DNA of 64,000 nt from Utricularia gibba. Its lineage: Eukaryota > Plantae > Magnoliophyta. The stretch lies in NCBI GenBank assembly GCA_002189035.1, contig NEEC01000011.1, positions 1 through 64,000 of the forward strand, given 5' to 3'. This document shows positions 49,200 through 63,013 of this stretch, piece after piece. Within the stretch, counting starts at the first letter, position 1, and each line of letters opens with the position of its first letter. A model generated the notes under the pieces. That model did no database searches and had not been told where the DNA came from. It saw only the letters and a program-made list of their open reading frames with translations. Both the position numbers and the translations under genes were made by a program.

Positions 49200-52100
49200 A
49201 GAGGTATACCAAAAATTAAGAAAAAATAAGGGTTTGGGTAGACTTGAGGCTTTGATTGTTAAATGAATGATTTTAGGTTTAGATGGAATAGTTGTAGTGA
49301 TTAGCATGCTATCCCTAAGTATCTCAAAGCATCACCTTCCTTTATTTTAGATCTGACTTTTCCCATTATAGCCCTTCTGCATGTTATTGTGAAACTTTTA
49401 TTCCTAGGTTAGACTAAATTTCCAACCGTGATAAAAATAGCATACATCAACTTTCACAACAAAAGCACCGATCTTCTTGTGTTTGACCTAGATCCACTAT
49501 GCTTATATTTTTTTGTATGATTGAATATGAATTAGGATATAAATTTATTTGATTGAAAAGTTTGCATACTAACGATGTGCATAAATTTTTAGTTTATTAG
49601 TTGCTTAAAGTATGCATATAGACACATTGTAGATTAGATTAGAAATTTGAATGCCACATTATCTAAAGAACTTTAAGGCATCTTAGTGTTATTTTATGCA
49701 TAAAACCTGTATTTGTTATTTTATACGTTGAGATTTGATTCTATTTATAGAACTTGTCTACCACTGTTAGAATGACCTCAGACTAAGAGTCACATATATT
49801 CTATAATCTTGTATGTAATAAAAACATATAGCAAGTACTTGATCCTTTATCCACCCCAAAATTCCACTGTGTAATTTGTATTTAATTTATATTTTATGAA
49901 AATTAAAGTTTACAAATTTATTTGATATGAAAATTTTATTTTACCAATAACATCAAGATTTTTTTGTTTATCACTTCTCTTGAAAACATTACATACTAGT
50001 CACATTGCATGCCTTCACTACCCATGCATCTCATCCGAAGGTGATAAACTATTGTTTTTAATTATTTTAAAATAAAATCCACTATCGTTTACTAATTTAA
50101 AACCTTTCCTAAAAAGGAGCATATTATTAATAAAAAAAGAATATAAAAAGTTTACAAAAAATATTAACTTTATAAAAAATAATAACTTTACATTATTCCT
50201 TATCTTGTAAATTATATTTCCTCATTATAAAAAGTTTATTGGATTAGATGAGACTTTAGAACAAACAACAACACTTTCATTGGTTGATCTGTGCAATATT
50301 CCAATACTTCATAAAGTAGTCTTTTAATTTTCATCACCAATTAAGTATTCGTTATCTCATAATCCAAATGTTATTGTTAGAGAATGGTTCAAGACATATG
50401 AATTACTGGTATTTACATTACAATATTTTACAAAATCAATTTCACTCTAGTATATTAAATATGAATGATATTTATGTAATTTCGCACTTACAACTAATGT
50501 TTCTATTATCAGTCATTTTAGATATGTTATCCTTTTTGAAAAGCTTCATAGAGTGTACCTAGCATAGATTGATCCTTGGATGAGTGTGATAAATGTTAAA
50601 AATGATCCAAATGTGTACTGCATAGAGTGATTGAGTGTGACTAAGAGTATGTTTTGGATATGGATTTTCGAGTGTGAGGGTACCATGTTTACTAGTGTAA
50701 AGGTACACACTTTCCGATTGTCCCTACAATCGAGTGTGTTTTACATTGTCAACAAGTGAATCTTTATGAACGCAAATGTTAACATTTCTTTTCGACAATG
50801 TACAAAGCATTGCTTTTGAGTGAGAAATAGAATGTTCCTTTCAGAGGCTTTCCAAGTATTTCTAACAAGTATGAACGAGTGTTTAGTTTAGAATGCAATT
50901 TTATGCATAAAATGGTAAACATGTGAAGTGGATCCCATATATAAAAAAAGGTTACGTTTTGTTTCAATACAAATGTTTTACAAAAAATATATAATTATGT
51001 TTGTATAATATGATTTTTTGTACATATGTTGTCTAATTTTACAGATTTTACATACGAACGTTTGGAAAATTTTTATTTTAAAACTAATGTTTTGAAAAAT
51101 AGTATGTTTCCAACACCAATGTTTTTTGAAAATTGTTTTTGGTGCATACGTTTGTAAGTTATTTTGTGAATAAAAGCACACCTTTCAACACTTACATTAC
51201 GAGAATGAACGTTTACTAGTAGGCTTTTATTTCAGTACACACATTTAACTGTTCCATTCTCAAATTGAGGAATGCAATGTAATTTAGGATTACAACTATT
51301 ACTAGTGTCAAGGCCTAAATTCACACCTTATAAACTCAGGTCTTGATGCCATGTTTCCAAAAAGGAACAAAAGGCCATATTATCAACTTAAACTGATAGA
51401 AAGATTGGATTAGTTTAGGTTACATTACATAGGAAGAGGTAAAACAAAAAGAAAGTAATTCACATAGCTATTATATAACATAGTGGACGGCATAATCGTT
51501 TAGCTGACATGACTCCCTACACAAACTTAACGCTTCAAGAAATCACAAGATAACCTAAAAACATAAGAACTAGTTTGGATGCGAGGTCTACTCCAAAACA
51601 AGTTAGGTGCATAACCAAGAGGCTCCAAAAAGATTGTCAATGAGATTCTTTATCCATATAACCTGGATCACAACACCTAGTCTTACCTTTCCCATTTATT
51701 TCTTGGAATAATTAGTGGTCAATGCACTGAATGCAATTCATTAAATCAAGAAGACCATATAGAGCGAGCATGTATCCATTCAAAATAAAGATTCATTAGA
51801 AAACAAGAATAAGCAATAGCATTTGACATATCATGAGTCCATTAACTATGTGACCATTTACGTGCATGGTTGCACCCGTTGATCTTATTAACTTTAGTTT
51901 AGCAACCTTAGAAGCCAAGATCAAAAAGTTCCTTTTGGCTTTGGTCTCATGAAATCAAGAAAGGGGTGCCACCCCCTTTATCAACTCTACGCGATTGCAG
52001 CTCCTTTGTCCTTTTTCTATTCCTCAACCTCATACCGTTTGGTGGCTAAAACTCCATAAGGAGTTACCTCAAAAATGCTTGACATATAGGAGTGTGCATC

Positions 52101-54020
52101 CATAGTTCCCTATAAGTTTTCTACTTCAAAACGTTGCACCTCAATTTCATAACACATCACAATACACATGAAAACCATGTCATATTTCATGAACCTTTCC
52201 TCACTTAAAATTACTAAATAAAAATCATTTGAAAGCTAGAGAGTAGGGTTTTATTTAATAATAGAAATAACAGAAATTTAAGCACTCAGTAGAAAGTTAT
52301 GAAATTAAGATATTGGACTCAAAAATCAATTTCGAGGGCTCAACAGATTTCAAAGGTTTTGAAAGATAAATCCATAGCATTCTGCTCCCATCTTCAAACC
52401 AATAATATCTTTTTGAAACATAAACAAAGGATAAAGAGATGTTACGTTAAGTATACCTCATGAATCATAACCAATCAGCACATAAAAGTCATGAAACACA
52501 TAGAAGCACATATTTATACGTAGAATACAACACATAAATTCAGAACCCGCCATCTTGCTTACCTTTGTCCAAACTAGCTCCTTCCAAACTCAAACCCTTC
52601 ATAAATGTCTATGTTATAAGTTTGAGGAATCTTGTGATTTTGAAACCGTTACACAGCTCTCAGCAAACCAAACTTCACAACGGTGCAAACTGTTTTTATG
52701 ATATCTCTATAAGCAGATCTCCCATATTTTCCCCCTTTCCAAAAATGCTTTTCCTTTCATCTATACTCCTTTTATAATATTAGCCATGCTTATATGTTAT
52801 TTCTCTAATCTAGACACATGTCACCACAATCAAAACACATGACATTTTTTTAATTTGCATGAAACACATGTCAACACCATATCAAAACACATGGTGCTCT
52901 CTTATTGACTATGCTGCATGTTTTATCTGTGTTGTCGCGAGTTAATTAAAACATATGGCACTTTCTGATTAGTCATGGTTGCATGTATGATCTTTCTTTA
53001 TTCTATCTTTTCTTTTCCTCCTATTTTAATTCTAGTTTTAAATATCACAACTAGCTACCATGATGAAATCTTTCGATTTATGTTAGCCACTGCAGTCTAC
53101 CACTAGTCACCCTCTTGACCCAACACAATTGTCCTCGTTTTGTAGCCCATCGTCCAATCGCGACTCTAGAATTGTTTTCTCAAATTTTGAAAAACTTATA
53201 AATATGAATAAAATACAATAATCAAAATCACATAATGAAGTAAATTAAATGGAAAGTTAAGTTAAGTACACATTTTACTCCATATAAAGGTTAAATTAGA
53301 AATTTACTCGAATCGAAAATTAATGAGTTAGAAAACATGAAAAATACAAAGACACATATATATTTTTTTTCTAACAATTTTTAATATATATTTCAATACA
53401 TTAACTATTTTTAATATATTTTGTTTAAAGTCATAGTTTATAATAAACGTATATATGAAAAAGTATGCGTGAAAAAACATTTGTATTGTTTTTTAACTTT
53501 TTTAAACAACGTATGTATGTAAACAATATATTAAAAGACGTTAGTATTTTAAAAATGATATAATATTTAACATTTGTATTAAAATGATATATTTTGAAAC
53601 GTTTGTACTGAATTTGAATAAAAAACTAAAACGTTTGTACCACAAAATTATTTTAACAAGCATATATATCAAATTATAAGCAATCTTTGAAACGTTCGTA
53701 TTAAGATGTATTTTTTCCGTATAAAAATTCATTGGGTATTGATTTTGCTAAAACATTTAATAGTTGGGTGCTATTTGTACCAATTTAGTGAAACAATGAG
53801 AATCTATCTGGCATTTAAATAATAGAGATCAACTGTATATGCTTTTTAAATTGTAAAGATGAATAATGTATATGTAGAAACTAATTTTGCAATTAAATCA
53901 AAAATTGGGAACTATTCCCCCAACGGCGTGTAACAGAATGTGACGGGGAGGGCGCGGGCTATTTGTAAAGACGGATGCTCCTCGAAAATTTTATCTCTGA
54001 CATACGTGGCATTCCCATTT

Positions 54021-54029
54021 TTTCCCGCC
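54021..54029 (+). promoter_or_regulatory. E2F-like site TTTCCCGCC 10 bp upstream of the ZIP4 ATG
   Basis: Matches the plant E2F consensus. A G-box/ABRE core ACGTGGC lies ~15 bp further upstream. Confidence 0.5.
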
Positions 54030-54039
54030 AAGGGACGAG

Positions 54040-57000
54040 ATGAGGATCTTCGATATTTCCTGCACGCCAGAGCACCGGCATTCCTCCGAATCGGAGAAGG
54101 ATTGCTACAGCTATTCGGCAGCGCTTTCACAAATTGAGTGCACGGCCAAATCACTCGAGAATCATCCCCCATCCCAGCCCTTGTCCGATTCCTTTTCCAC
54201 AGATCTTAACCTTGCAGTTGTTCACCTCATTCAGCAAGCTCTTCCTCTTCCTAACTCAGTCAAACTTCTTGTCTGGAAGCTGAGTTACCGAATCTGGAAC
54301 GCATGTGTTGACCTCTCAAATGCCTCATCTGCCAAAGCCTGCGACGAACACGCAAAGCTCCGACAAGCCGCAGCGCAGATGTTACTGTTTGCTGTTGATG
54401 TGGTTGGAGTTCCTTCTCCGACCTTCAAGACAGCTTTGCTTTTCTATAAAACCGGATGGATGTGGTTTGAGCTGAAAAGGCTCGATTTAGCCAGCAATTG
54501 CTTTGATAAGGCTACGGATCTTGTGTCGAACACGGAAAGCATCTCGGTGACGGATAATGATGAGCGCAAATTGCTCTTTGATCTCAATCTTGCTAGGTCA
54601 AGAGTTGCCTGGGAAATTTCTGACCGTGATTTGGCGATTGCTATGTTGAACAGATCGAAAAATGTTCTGTTTGGAATTGCGAGTAACTATAGTGCCCTGG
54701 CCGATCAATTTTTAACAATTGGAAAAGCTCTGCTATCAACTGGCGATTCTTCTGTCCTGAATGATGCACTGAATTTGATGAAGGATGCGCTTGATTTATG
54801 CGAGAAGGGATTGGGTGTAGTAAAAAGAACTGATGAGACTCTGAATTTGAAGGAGTTGCAAAGGAGGACTTTGAGATTCATTGCAGTTGCGTATCTGCAG
54901 GGTGACGATTTTGAGAACGTGCTTAAGTGTGTGAACGTTTTGAGAGATGTTGAGAATTCTGTGGGTCATCACCCAAGTTTGAGTGTCCTGGCAATGAAGG
55001 CATGGCTGGGTTTAGGTAGATATGATAAGGCTGAGAAGGAGTTGAACGGAGTGGTGGCAAACAAGGGAATACCAGAAGGTGTATGGGTGTCCGCAATGGA
55101 GTCATATTTCCAGGCAGCTGGTGCCACGGGCGTGGACACCATCAAAGGAGTGTTTATGGGACTATTGGATTCTTGTCGAGTTGGTGCAGGGGCAACAATT
55201 AAACTGATAAATAAGGTTATTGGAAATGGGCTGAACAGCGGCGATAGAATGAATGTGATAGCTAGGACTGTTGCTGACATGGTTTCGGATGAGAGAATAC
55301 AGGCCCTATTTGCTGGAGAAGTTGCTTCTAATGAAAGAACGGCAATGTATGCTCTTCTCTGGAATTGGTAAGCACCAGCAAACTTTGTTGTCCCGGACAA
55401 TAAATGACAGGAATTCTCATTTTCAGCAGGTTATTGCTTTTTTGTGTGGTGCTGTATTCCAGTGAACACTTTGCTTCTTTTGTTTTTTGTTTTTTTTTTC
55501 TGACAGCGCAACGGAGTTTTTCAGATTGAAATGTTATGACCTGAGCGCAGAGATGTTTGAAAAATCTTTGTTCTTTGTACCTAATAGAATAGAAAACAGA
55601 ACGTTTAGAGCAAAGGGATACAGAGTTCTCTGCCTATGCTACCTGGGGTTATCGAAGCTTGACAGAGCTGAAGAATATATTAATGAAGCTGACAAGGTAA
55701 ATATGAACTAGCCAACGCCGATTTATGATCTGATACGTTTATATTGTTTGAGATGATGAGATGCCAAAACGCATTGACTGTTCAATTTGCTTCTGCAGTT
55801 AGAGCCCAATATTGCCAGTGCCTTCCTCAAGGTATCATCATCTTCATCAAAACTGAGATGAAATAGCAGGTGCATCTAGATAATTTGTTGACTTATTGAG
55901 CTTTGCAGTTCAAGGTTTACTTGCAAAAGAAGGAGCATGACCGCGCTACTGCACAGATTCAAGCAATGCCTTGCTGTTTGGACTTCACTCTTGATTTCAT
56001 CTCCCTTTCAGCCCATGAAGCAGTGGCCTGCGGCGCACTTCCAGTTGCTGTTTTTGCTCTGGATTACCTCTTGAGCTTCTTTTCCTCAGGAAAACAAATT
56101 GCTACAAACGAGGTTGTGCTAGTTCGTACCTTAGTCACCATTTTGACTCAGGATCCAGGCAACGATATTGATGTCATCAAACACATGAAAAGAGCTCATT
56201 CTAGGCAATTAGAGATTGGACCAGGGCAGTTTTTTGGGAAATCTGAGGTTGGGCGAAGAGAAATAAACTGGCTTGCAGCAAATGCTTGGAACTTTGGAGT
56301 GACAAGTGGGCAGAAGAAGCGTTATGATACATCATCAGAGTTTTTCATTTTGGCATCGAAGTTTTTTGAAATTGTTTGTGACGCAGAGACAAAACAGAAC
56401 AGCGTAATGGTTTGCAAATCTCTTATACTTGCAGTTTCCGCTAGGATTGCTGATGAGAATCATAGAGATAGAGCCTTGCAAGAATCTGAAGTCAGACAAA
56501 GCATTGAGACGTTGGGGAGAGCGGGGAAGGTGGCGAAATTATCTTCACATGTGAAAAATGAAATCTTCTTTTGATCAAGCGAATTGCATTGCACAGCATC
56601 TGTGTTTATTATTTTAATTACCTTATTATTCTTGCAGATACTGAAATCACACTCATCTGGCATTCGGAAGAGTGATGATGAGTCTGCAGCAATCGAGCCT
56701 ACCTTCATCTTCCTGTACGCATGGACTGCGCTTGATCTCTACTCCAGACTCAGTGATACGGTGGAGCAACAGTTCCAGGTTGTGAAAGAGCTCGCGAGCT
56801 CCAAACCATTAACAAACCCAAAACACTTGCTCTACATAGGTTTGGAGGCGTCACAAGGAGCACGATCGAACCCTGAAGTAGCCATGCTTGCTCTCAAAGT
56901 TTGCCTTTCCGCCCTCGTTGCTTCCCCTACTCCCGACTACCCAAGTATCGCTCGGATCCTCAGGGAGCTGATTTGTAATACCACTGTTCACGTTGGAGAT

Positions 57001-57285
57001 CCCGGCGATGACTCCATCTCTGAAATGTACAAGCAAGGGTACAGCATGATGGTGGGACTGAGAGAAGGTGAATACCCCACTGAAGAAGCCAAGTGGCTAG
57101 CCATGACCGCGTGGAACCGCGCTGCACTTCCTATGAAACTAGGGCAAATCGATACTGCTAAGAAGTGGATGAAAATAGGTTTGGAAATAGCGTTGAAGAT
57201 TCCAGGCATGGATAGCTATAGATCGCGAATGGAGGATTATTTACTGGGACTGAGTTCCCAGACGGAGAAGATCACGCAACAGTAG
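54040..57285 (+). CDS. ZIP4: Meiotic TPR-repeat ZMM protein ZIP4/SPO22; 5 exons (54040-55367, 55507-55696, 55799-55831, 55909-56529, 56638-57285), 939 aa, intact
   Basis: [49 protein letters not shown]...[38 protein letters not shown]. All introns are GT-AG and the spliced frame is open (2820 nt). Confidence 0.95.
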
Positions 57286-57433
57286 TTGAACCAGGTTTGG
57301 CATTTGGCAGCCCCCGGAATGCTGGTAATAAGAGCTACGCCTTCCATGTGTTTGGTTATTTGATTTTATTTTATATTTTTGATTGCGTGTCTCGCCTGGC
57401 CCAGGAAATCACAACGTCGTAACCTGGTTATTA

Positions 57434-58420
57434 GGCTAATTTAACAGAATACCCCACTGCAAAAAGTTTATTTGCTGAATACATAGTTTTTTAACATTAT
57501 TTGTATAATACCTTACTTTTTTTTATTTGTTGAATACCTCTAGTTTCAGTATGAAAAAATAAAAAAAACATATGAATGATATATAAAAAATAAATATATG
57601 TATTTATACAAAATATATTTACACATATTCTTTCAAATAAATTTTAATTTACTTTTTTATATTTTCAATTGAATTTGTTAATTCACTTATAGAAGTATTG
57701 TTTTTAAATAATAATATAATAAATAATTTTATCTTATTATAATATTTCAATAAACTTTTTAAATTATGTTACATACAATTTTTTTAAATTAAGTATAATA
57801 TTTAAAAATTTTACGAATAAATCGATTATATCAACTCTATTATAAATCAAATATTAGTAAAATAAAAATTAAATAAATAAACTAAATAATATCTTAGACT
57901 GTATATTACATAAATCACATGTAATAAATTAAATAATAAATCTTTATTATTTAATTCACACTCATAAAATCCACAGTTAAAATAATATATCATTATATCA
58001 TGTATTTGTTATAAGTGTAAGTTACGATTATAGTAAAAACTTGTTTTTGTAAAAATATTTTTGTAATAAAAAGTTTAATTTTGAATTAATTTGAAATAAA
58101 AATTGAATTCAAAATTAAATTTTGAATAAAAAATATTTATATCTTTAATTACACCTTTAAAAACATTATCTCAAATGATTTTTGTATTTGTTGTTTCTAT
58201 GTTAATGTTTTTATAATAATTATTTTTTTTTAATTTTTTTGATATTCTATACATATGAATATTAAATAAATAATATTTATCCATCAAAATATATATTTTG
58301 TAATATAATTATGTAAAAAATAATAAATAATTTAAAAGAAGGGTATTTCGATAATACTTTTAGAATCAGGGGTATTATGCAAACCTAGTTTTTGCATAGG
58401 GGTATCCCACCAACGAGGCC
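57434..58420. mobile_element. Probable decayed Mutator-like MITE downstream of ZIP4
   Basis: Imperfect ~49-bp terminal inverted repeats (ATACCCC..TGCAAAAA.....TTTGC..AATAC pattern at both ends) around a very AT-rich interior; no clean TSD. Confidence 0.4.
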
Positions 58421-59464
58421 GTTGTTATCATCTTTTCAGTGGCAATTTACGCCAAAGACAAAACAAGTTGCTGGTACTCTTTTTTGGTCAAGTAAAATTG
58501 TAAACCAGGGGGCAAAAACTGTGAAACAGCTGTACCACAGGTTGCACATTTATAAAATAACCAAGTTTCAAATTTTTAATCAGCAAATGCTTTGTATTCA
58601 CTATTATTTTATTGATATTATTAACATTAAATATATTAATATTTTTTTATTATAGAAAAGTTCTGAAATAGTGTCCCGGATTCTGTATTTGCTTGAGTGA
58701 AATTGTTTTTACAAAAGTAAAATTTGAAGTCACACAAAAATTTACTATGGAGAATGCTTCTTGTGAGTTGTGCGGAAGTGGTGGATGCAATGCTCTTCTC
58801 GCAAAGTGTGGAACATCCAAAATCATCTCATCCCCACTCCCTCTCACAAACACATGCCGTAGAATGAATGACTCGGTAGAGTTAATCTTTTTTTGAATTA
58901 TTTTAATAAAATCTCAGTCATTAAACTTTCTCGGCATATGTCGCGATTGGCCAATTGTGAAGGTTGAGTCGAGCTTTACCATAATGTCCCTTGGGCATTT
59001 AGGGTTTAAAAATTTCGGTAGAGTTGAAAAATTTTAAAGGTATTGCGGCTTAAAGATTTTTCTCATTAAAAGATATTTATTAGCTGTGCATACATTATAT
59101 ATCTTATTCACAAAGAAAGTAATATAGTAATAATAAGTCTAGGTTGATTTAAAGAAATCAAACGATTTTTAGTTGTTAGTCCCATGCATAGTTTGATTAA
59201 ACATGAGGTTTTTGTCGGGAAATGAATTTCTACTCTAATGAAATTAGAAAAATTCTTAAATTGACAATAGACAACAAAATGTATAAATCAGCATTTATGA
59301 AAATTAAAATTAAATATTTCACTTAATTCAAAAATTAACCATACTTAAAAAAACTTAAACATCCTCAGGTTACTGTTCTGATTTGCATGTGACAATAAAG
59401 AAAACGATGAAAGAAATAAGTTCAGATAGGGCAAGACATTTAAACAAGGTTAACGTTTAAGCAA

Positions 59465-60642
59465 TGATAACACATATTTTTGAGTGACTCAATGCATAGA
59501 ATTTACTCATTTTGTGCTACAAAAATTAAGTTTTATTGCCTAGTTTTGTATTTTTGCACATAAGTATCGTAGTAGTGCCAATTTAGTCTTATGTGAGACT
59601 AAATTACGATTTACTCCTAACCTTCTAATAGTTTCCTTCGAGCAATGTAGCACAGGTCGCAACACAAATCCCAAAAAGCTGAATATGAACAGTGTAGTGG
59701 CAAAGAAGGTGGTAGAAGTTTGAAAAAGAGTACACACAAAGTCCAAGGAGGTGAAAAAGTGAGATTTTGTACAAAAAGTGAGGGAAGATGAGAGAGAAGG
59801 CAGATCTCCCCTTGGAGACTTACGAACAACTTTCTGGAGAAGGTTTTCTGGGATAGAAGAGGAAAGGAAGCGATGAACCAGAAGAACACAGCTTCTCTTT
59901 GAAGATTCAATTTAGTTCTTGATGCTTACTGTTCCTAGCTAAGACTAGATTTGGATTTCCTGTATGAACAAAGTGCCTTTCCTACTTCTGCTTTATATTG
60001 CTCGTTGTTATTTAGCATTTGTAGCCAGGATGTTGCTTAGTATCTGCTATGAAGATGTTTTACTTTCCATTACCAAGAGTAGCTAAGCACTTAGAGGGGG
60101 GTGCCTTGGGGTGAAAAGGGAGAAATATGCTAATCCATCCTTAGACCTAATAAATCATAAGTCACACTACTTCCTTAGCAAACCAGGATAGATCCAGGAG
60201 GGGAGGTAGTGAAACCCAACTTAACAACCCTAATTAAAGGTAGAGCAAAGATTAGGAGGAAAAACAAGAATCCGGGTAGACTTAGATCTTGTGAGTTAGT
60301 TGTATGATTTTTTATTTATGTGAGCTTGTTTAGTGATAGGCATACATCCCTTAGGAGTCCCAAGTCATCACCCATTCCATCCCAGAAACTACTGAAGCCC
60401 AAAACTTGTTATTTTTCTTTCCTACATTCGATCGTAGTTCTCTCTTATTCCTAGCTAAGACCAATTTTACCAACATGACACTGATTTCATGCATTAACTT
60501 TCACATAGCAAGCACCTGCTCTTCGTGTTCGACCCTAATCACTATGCTCATAATTGTTTTACGCTTGAATGTGGGTTAGGTTATAAATTTATTTGATAGG
60601 AAAATTTGCATTTAACGACGTTGCATAATTTTTTGTTTATGA
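59465..60642 (+). mobile_element. Athila-type solo LTR with perfect TSD
   Basis: TGATAACACATATTT...TTTATGA flanked by AGCAA on both sides (59460-59464, 60643-60647); homologous to 23505-24691. Confidence 0.88.
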
Positions 60643-63013
60643 AGCAAAAAATGGAAAATACAAGCAAGTTCGTGAAATTAAAGTGCAGAAAGAAAGTTTG
60701 TGCAAAAAAGAAAAGTTCTTGTGTTGCTCCAGTTTAGTTCGCACATGTGCTTCTTCTTCTTCTTCAATAGACTGGGTTCTCAAGCTCCTCCATTGAGGGT
60801 TAGTGTCTATGCAGGTTCCCGGCGTTGGAGGTTAGTTCCAATGTCACATTGAATTGTTCCTCCTTCGTCTTCATCCTTGAAAAGTCGCTAAAACTCACTA
60901 GAAAGTAGCTTCCAGCATTGGAATTCTCTCTTCTCATTCCCCTCAAGCCGGCTTGCCTCTGTTGCGTGCTGTGGGGTGGCTTCATTCCTCCTTTACCACC
61001 AAGTATTCTTATCTCATCACCCATGTAGATGTGCATTTCCTGTTTTGCCCCTAGACTTATAATTATTGTATAGAATGGTTAGAATACGCGGCCTAGCCCA
61101 GATGGACATGCCGTTCTTGCGCTTGGATGAATACTAACTTCAATCCACCCTGCAAATTAAAGCAAAATAGGCCTAAAACAGGTTTTGACCCAAAATAAAT
61201 TTACTAACACTTATTTTAATCTTTTTCCTATTACAACTCGCCTAATCCTCAACCTAATACTACAAATATCACAAATATGACCGATTTTGACACAACATCA
61301 TACTATCCTACAATGATAATAGACTCGTCCATAAGTCTTACCCACAACCTAAACTAAACGATTGACTTGGCTGAATTCTAAGTGTATCTGAGCATCTAAT
61401 GTGACAGTAAAGTAACTAAATCAAAGTTCAGTAGAAAATAAAAGTAAGGTTGATGTTGTTTCAAGTTTCAAGTCAACTCCCTCAGTGTGCTTAGGTCATT
61501 CATTCTCACACAGATTCTTCTATCGCCTAATCCTGTGCTAGACTTGGATCCATCACGTACCCAACTTTAGTCTATAGCAGGGACTGTTTTTTTTTTGTTT
61601 TTTTAAGAAACAAGTCCAGGGACCCTAAGATGGAAACTTATTGCCTCTTCTTATCACTCCACGCCTTATGTCTCCTACTCTTATTTCTCTAAAACACTAA
61701 TTTCCCCTCTTCGAGTTCCCTCTTTTATTACTTTTTACAGCATAGCTTTTTTGTGTGTGCCTACCTTTTGGCCTCATTATTTATTCACTAGTTTTTCTAT
61801 TGATTGATGGCTGGATGCACAAAGACCTAAGTTTGACTGGAGAGTGGTTCTAGTAACCTAGTAGAAAAAGATGGGTTGTGCACACTAGGGGTCACACTCA
61901 AGATTACTGCTCAATTTTTTTTAGAAAGAAAATAAGAAGTGAATATTAGAATGGTCTAGACCTCTCAATCGGCTAAAGGGTGCTCACTATCTTAATAGAT
62001 ACTCAAATTCTGATAATTCAGCCAAATTTATGACATAATCTTTTCTAAGTTGACATACCCACATTTAAAAAAGTAAAAATATCCTAAAAAGTTAGTAGAA
62101 AATCAAGCAAAGAAATAAATTGTTCGAAAGATAACCTGACCATTTAAGTAAGATTAGGGGCTGGGTTTGATTACCTCCTTAGGTCACTCCTGACTGAGAC
62201 ACATGATTTGTTATTCCAATCTCATCACTAGGTTTTCCAGCCTTTCACTAAAGTAGCGCACCTGCAGATTTGTGTATCTTCCTCCTTCATTGTTGCTGGT
62301 GCTGCTGATATGGCTTCTCCTGTTATTGGTATGTGGTGAAGCTCCTTGTACTCACCCTTCTTCTGTTGGGAATTACGAAAACGTAATACGTACATCTTCT
62401 CTAAATAATCCTTGCATATCTATGGGGAGACTGCATTCTCCAAAGTGAAGTTCATCCCGATTAAATCTGAGTTCTCACACAATTGAATTTCAAGTAAAGT
62501 ATTTGAATGTCCAAATCGAAGCAAGACCACCTGCTGTCTTCCAACCTCACACTACATCATACCATCAATTAGAGCACCAATATTCAAATGCTTTTAAAAT
62601 GCAATGCACTAAATGACAAAAAGCTCATTTTCGAACAATGTGTTAAATGAATGTTGATGACCAAATAAGCATGTTGACACATAAACATGAATTATTCTCC
62701 AAATCGGATCTACAAAAAAATGAGCTTTTGTATCCTTAATCTTGTACAAAATGTCTACTTGATTTGTTAAAATCTCATACATTTCACTAGAGTCAAACTC
62801 ATTTTCTGATGGAAAATAAAAATAAGTGTTTGGGAACTATGAATCAATTTGTTGAGGATCAACCACGTTTGAAACAAACTCCACTCAACTAACGACAATG
62901 TGTAACGCACCCCAAGTAAATAAAATGTTATTACTCTAGGCTCATATACTCTAGCGGGTATTTCATAATTAAATGTGGCATAGAATTCATAACAAACTTA
63001 GCCAAGATTAGGA

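Noticed and set aside
53914-53928. TCCCCCAACGGCG resembling a tRNA-Asp 3' end or reverse PBS
   Set aside because: The match is short, there is no cloverleaf upstream and no LTR is adjacent.
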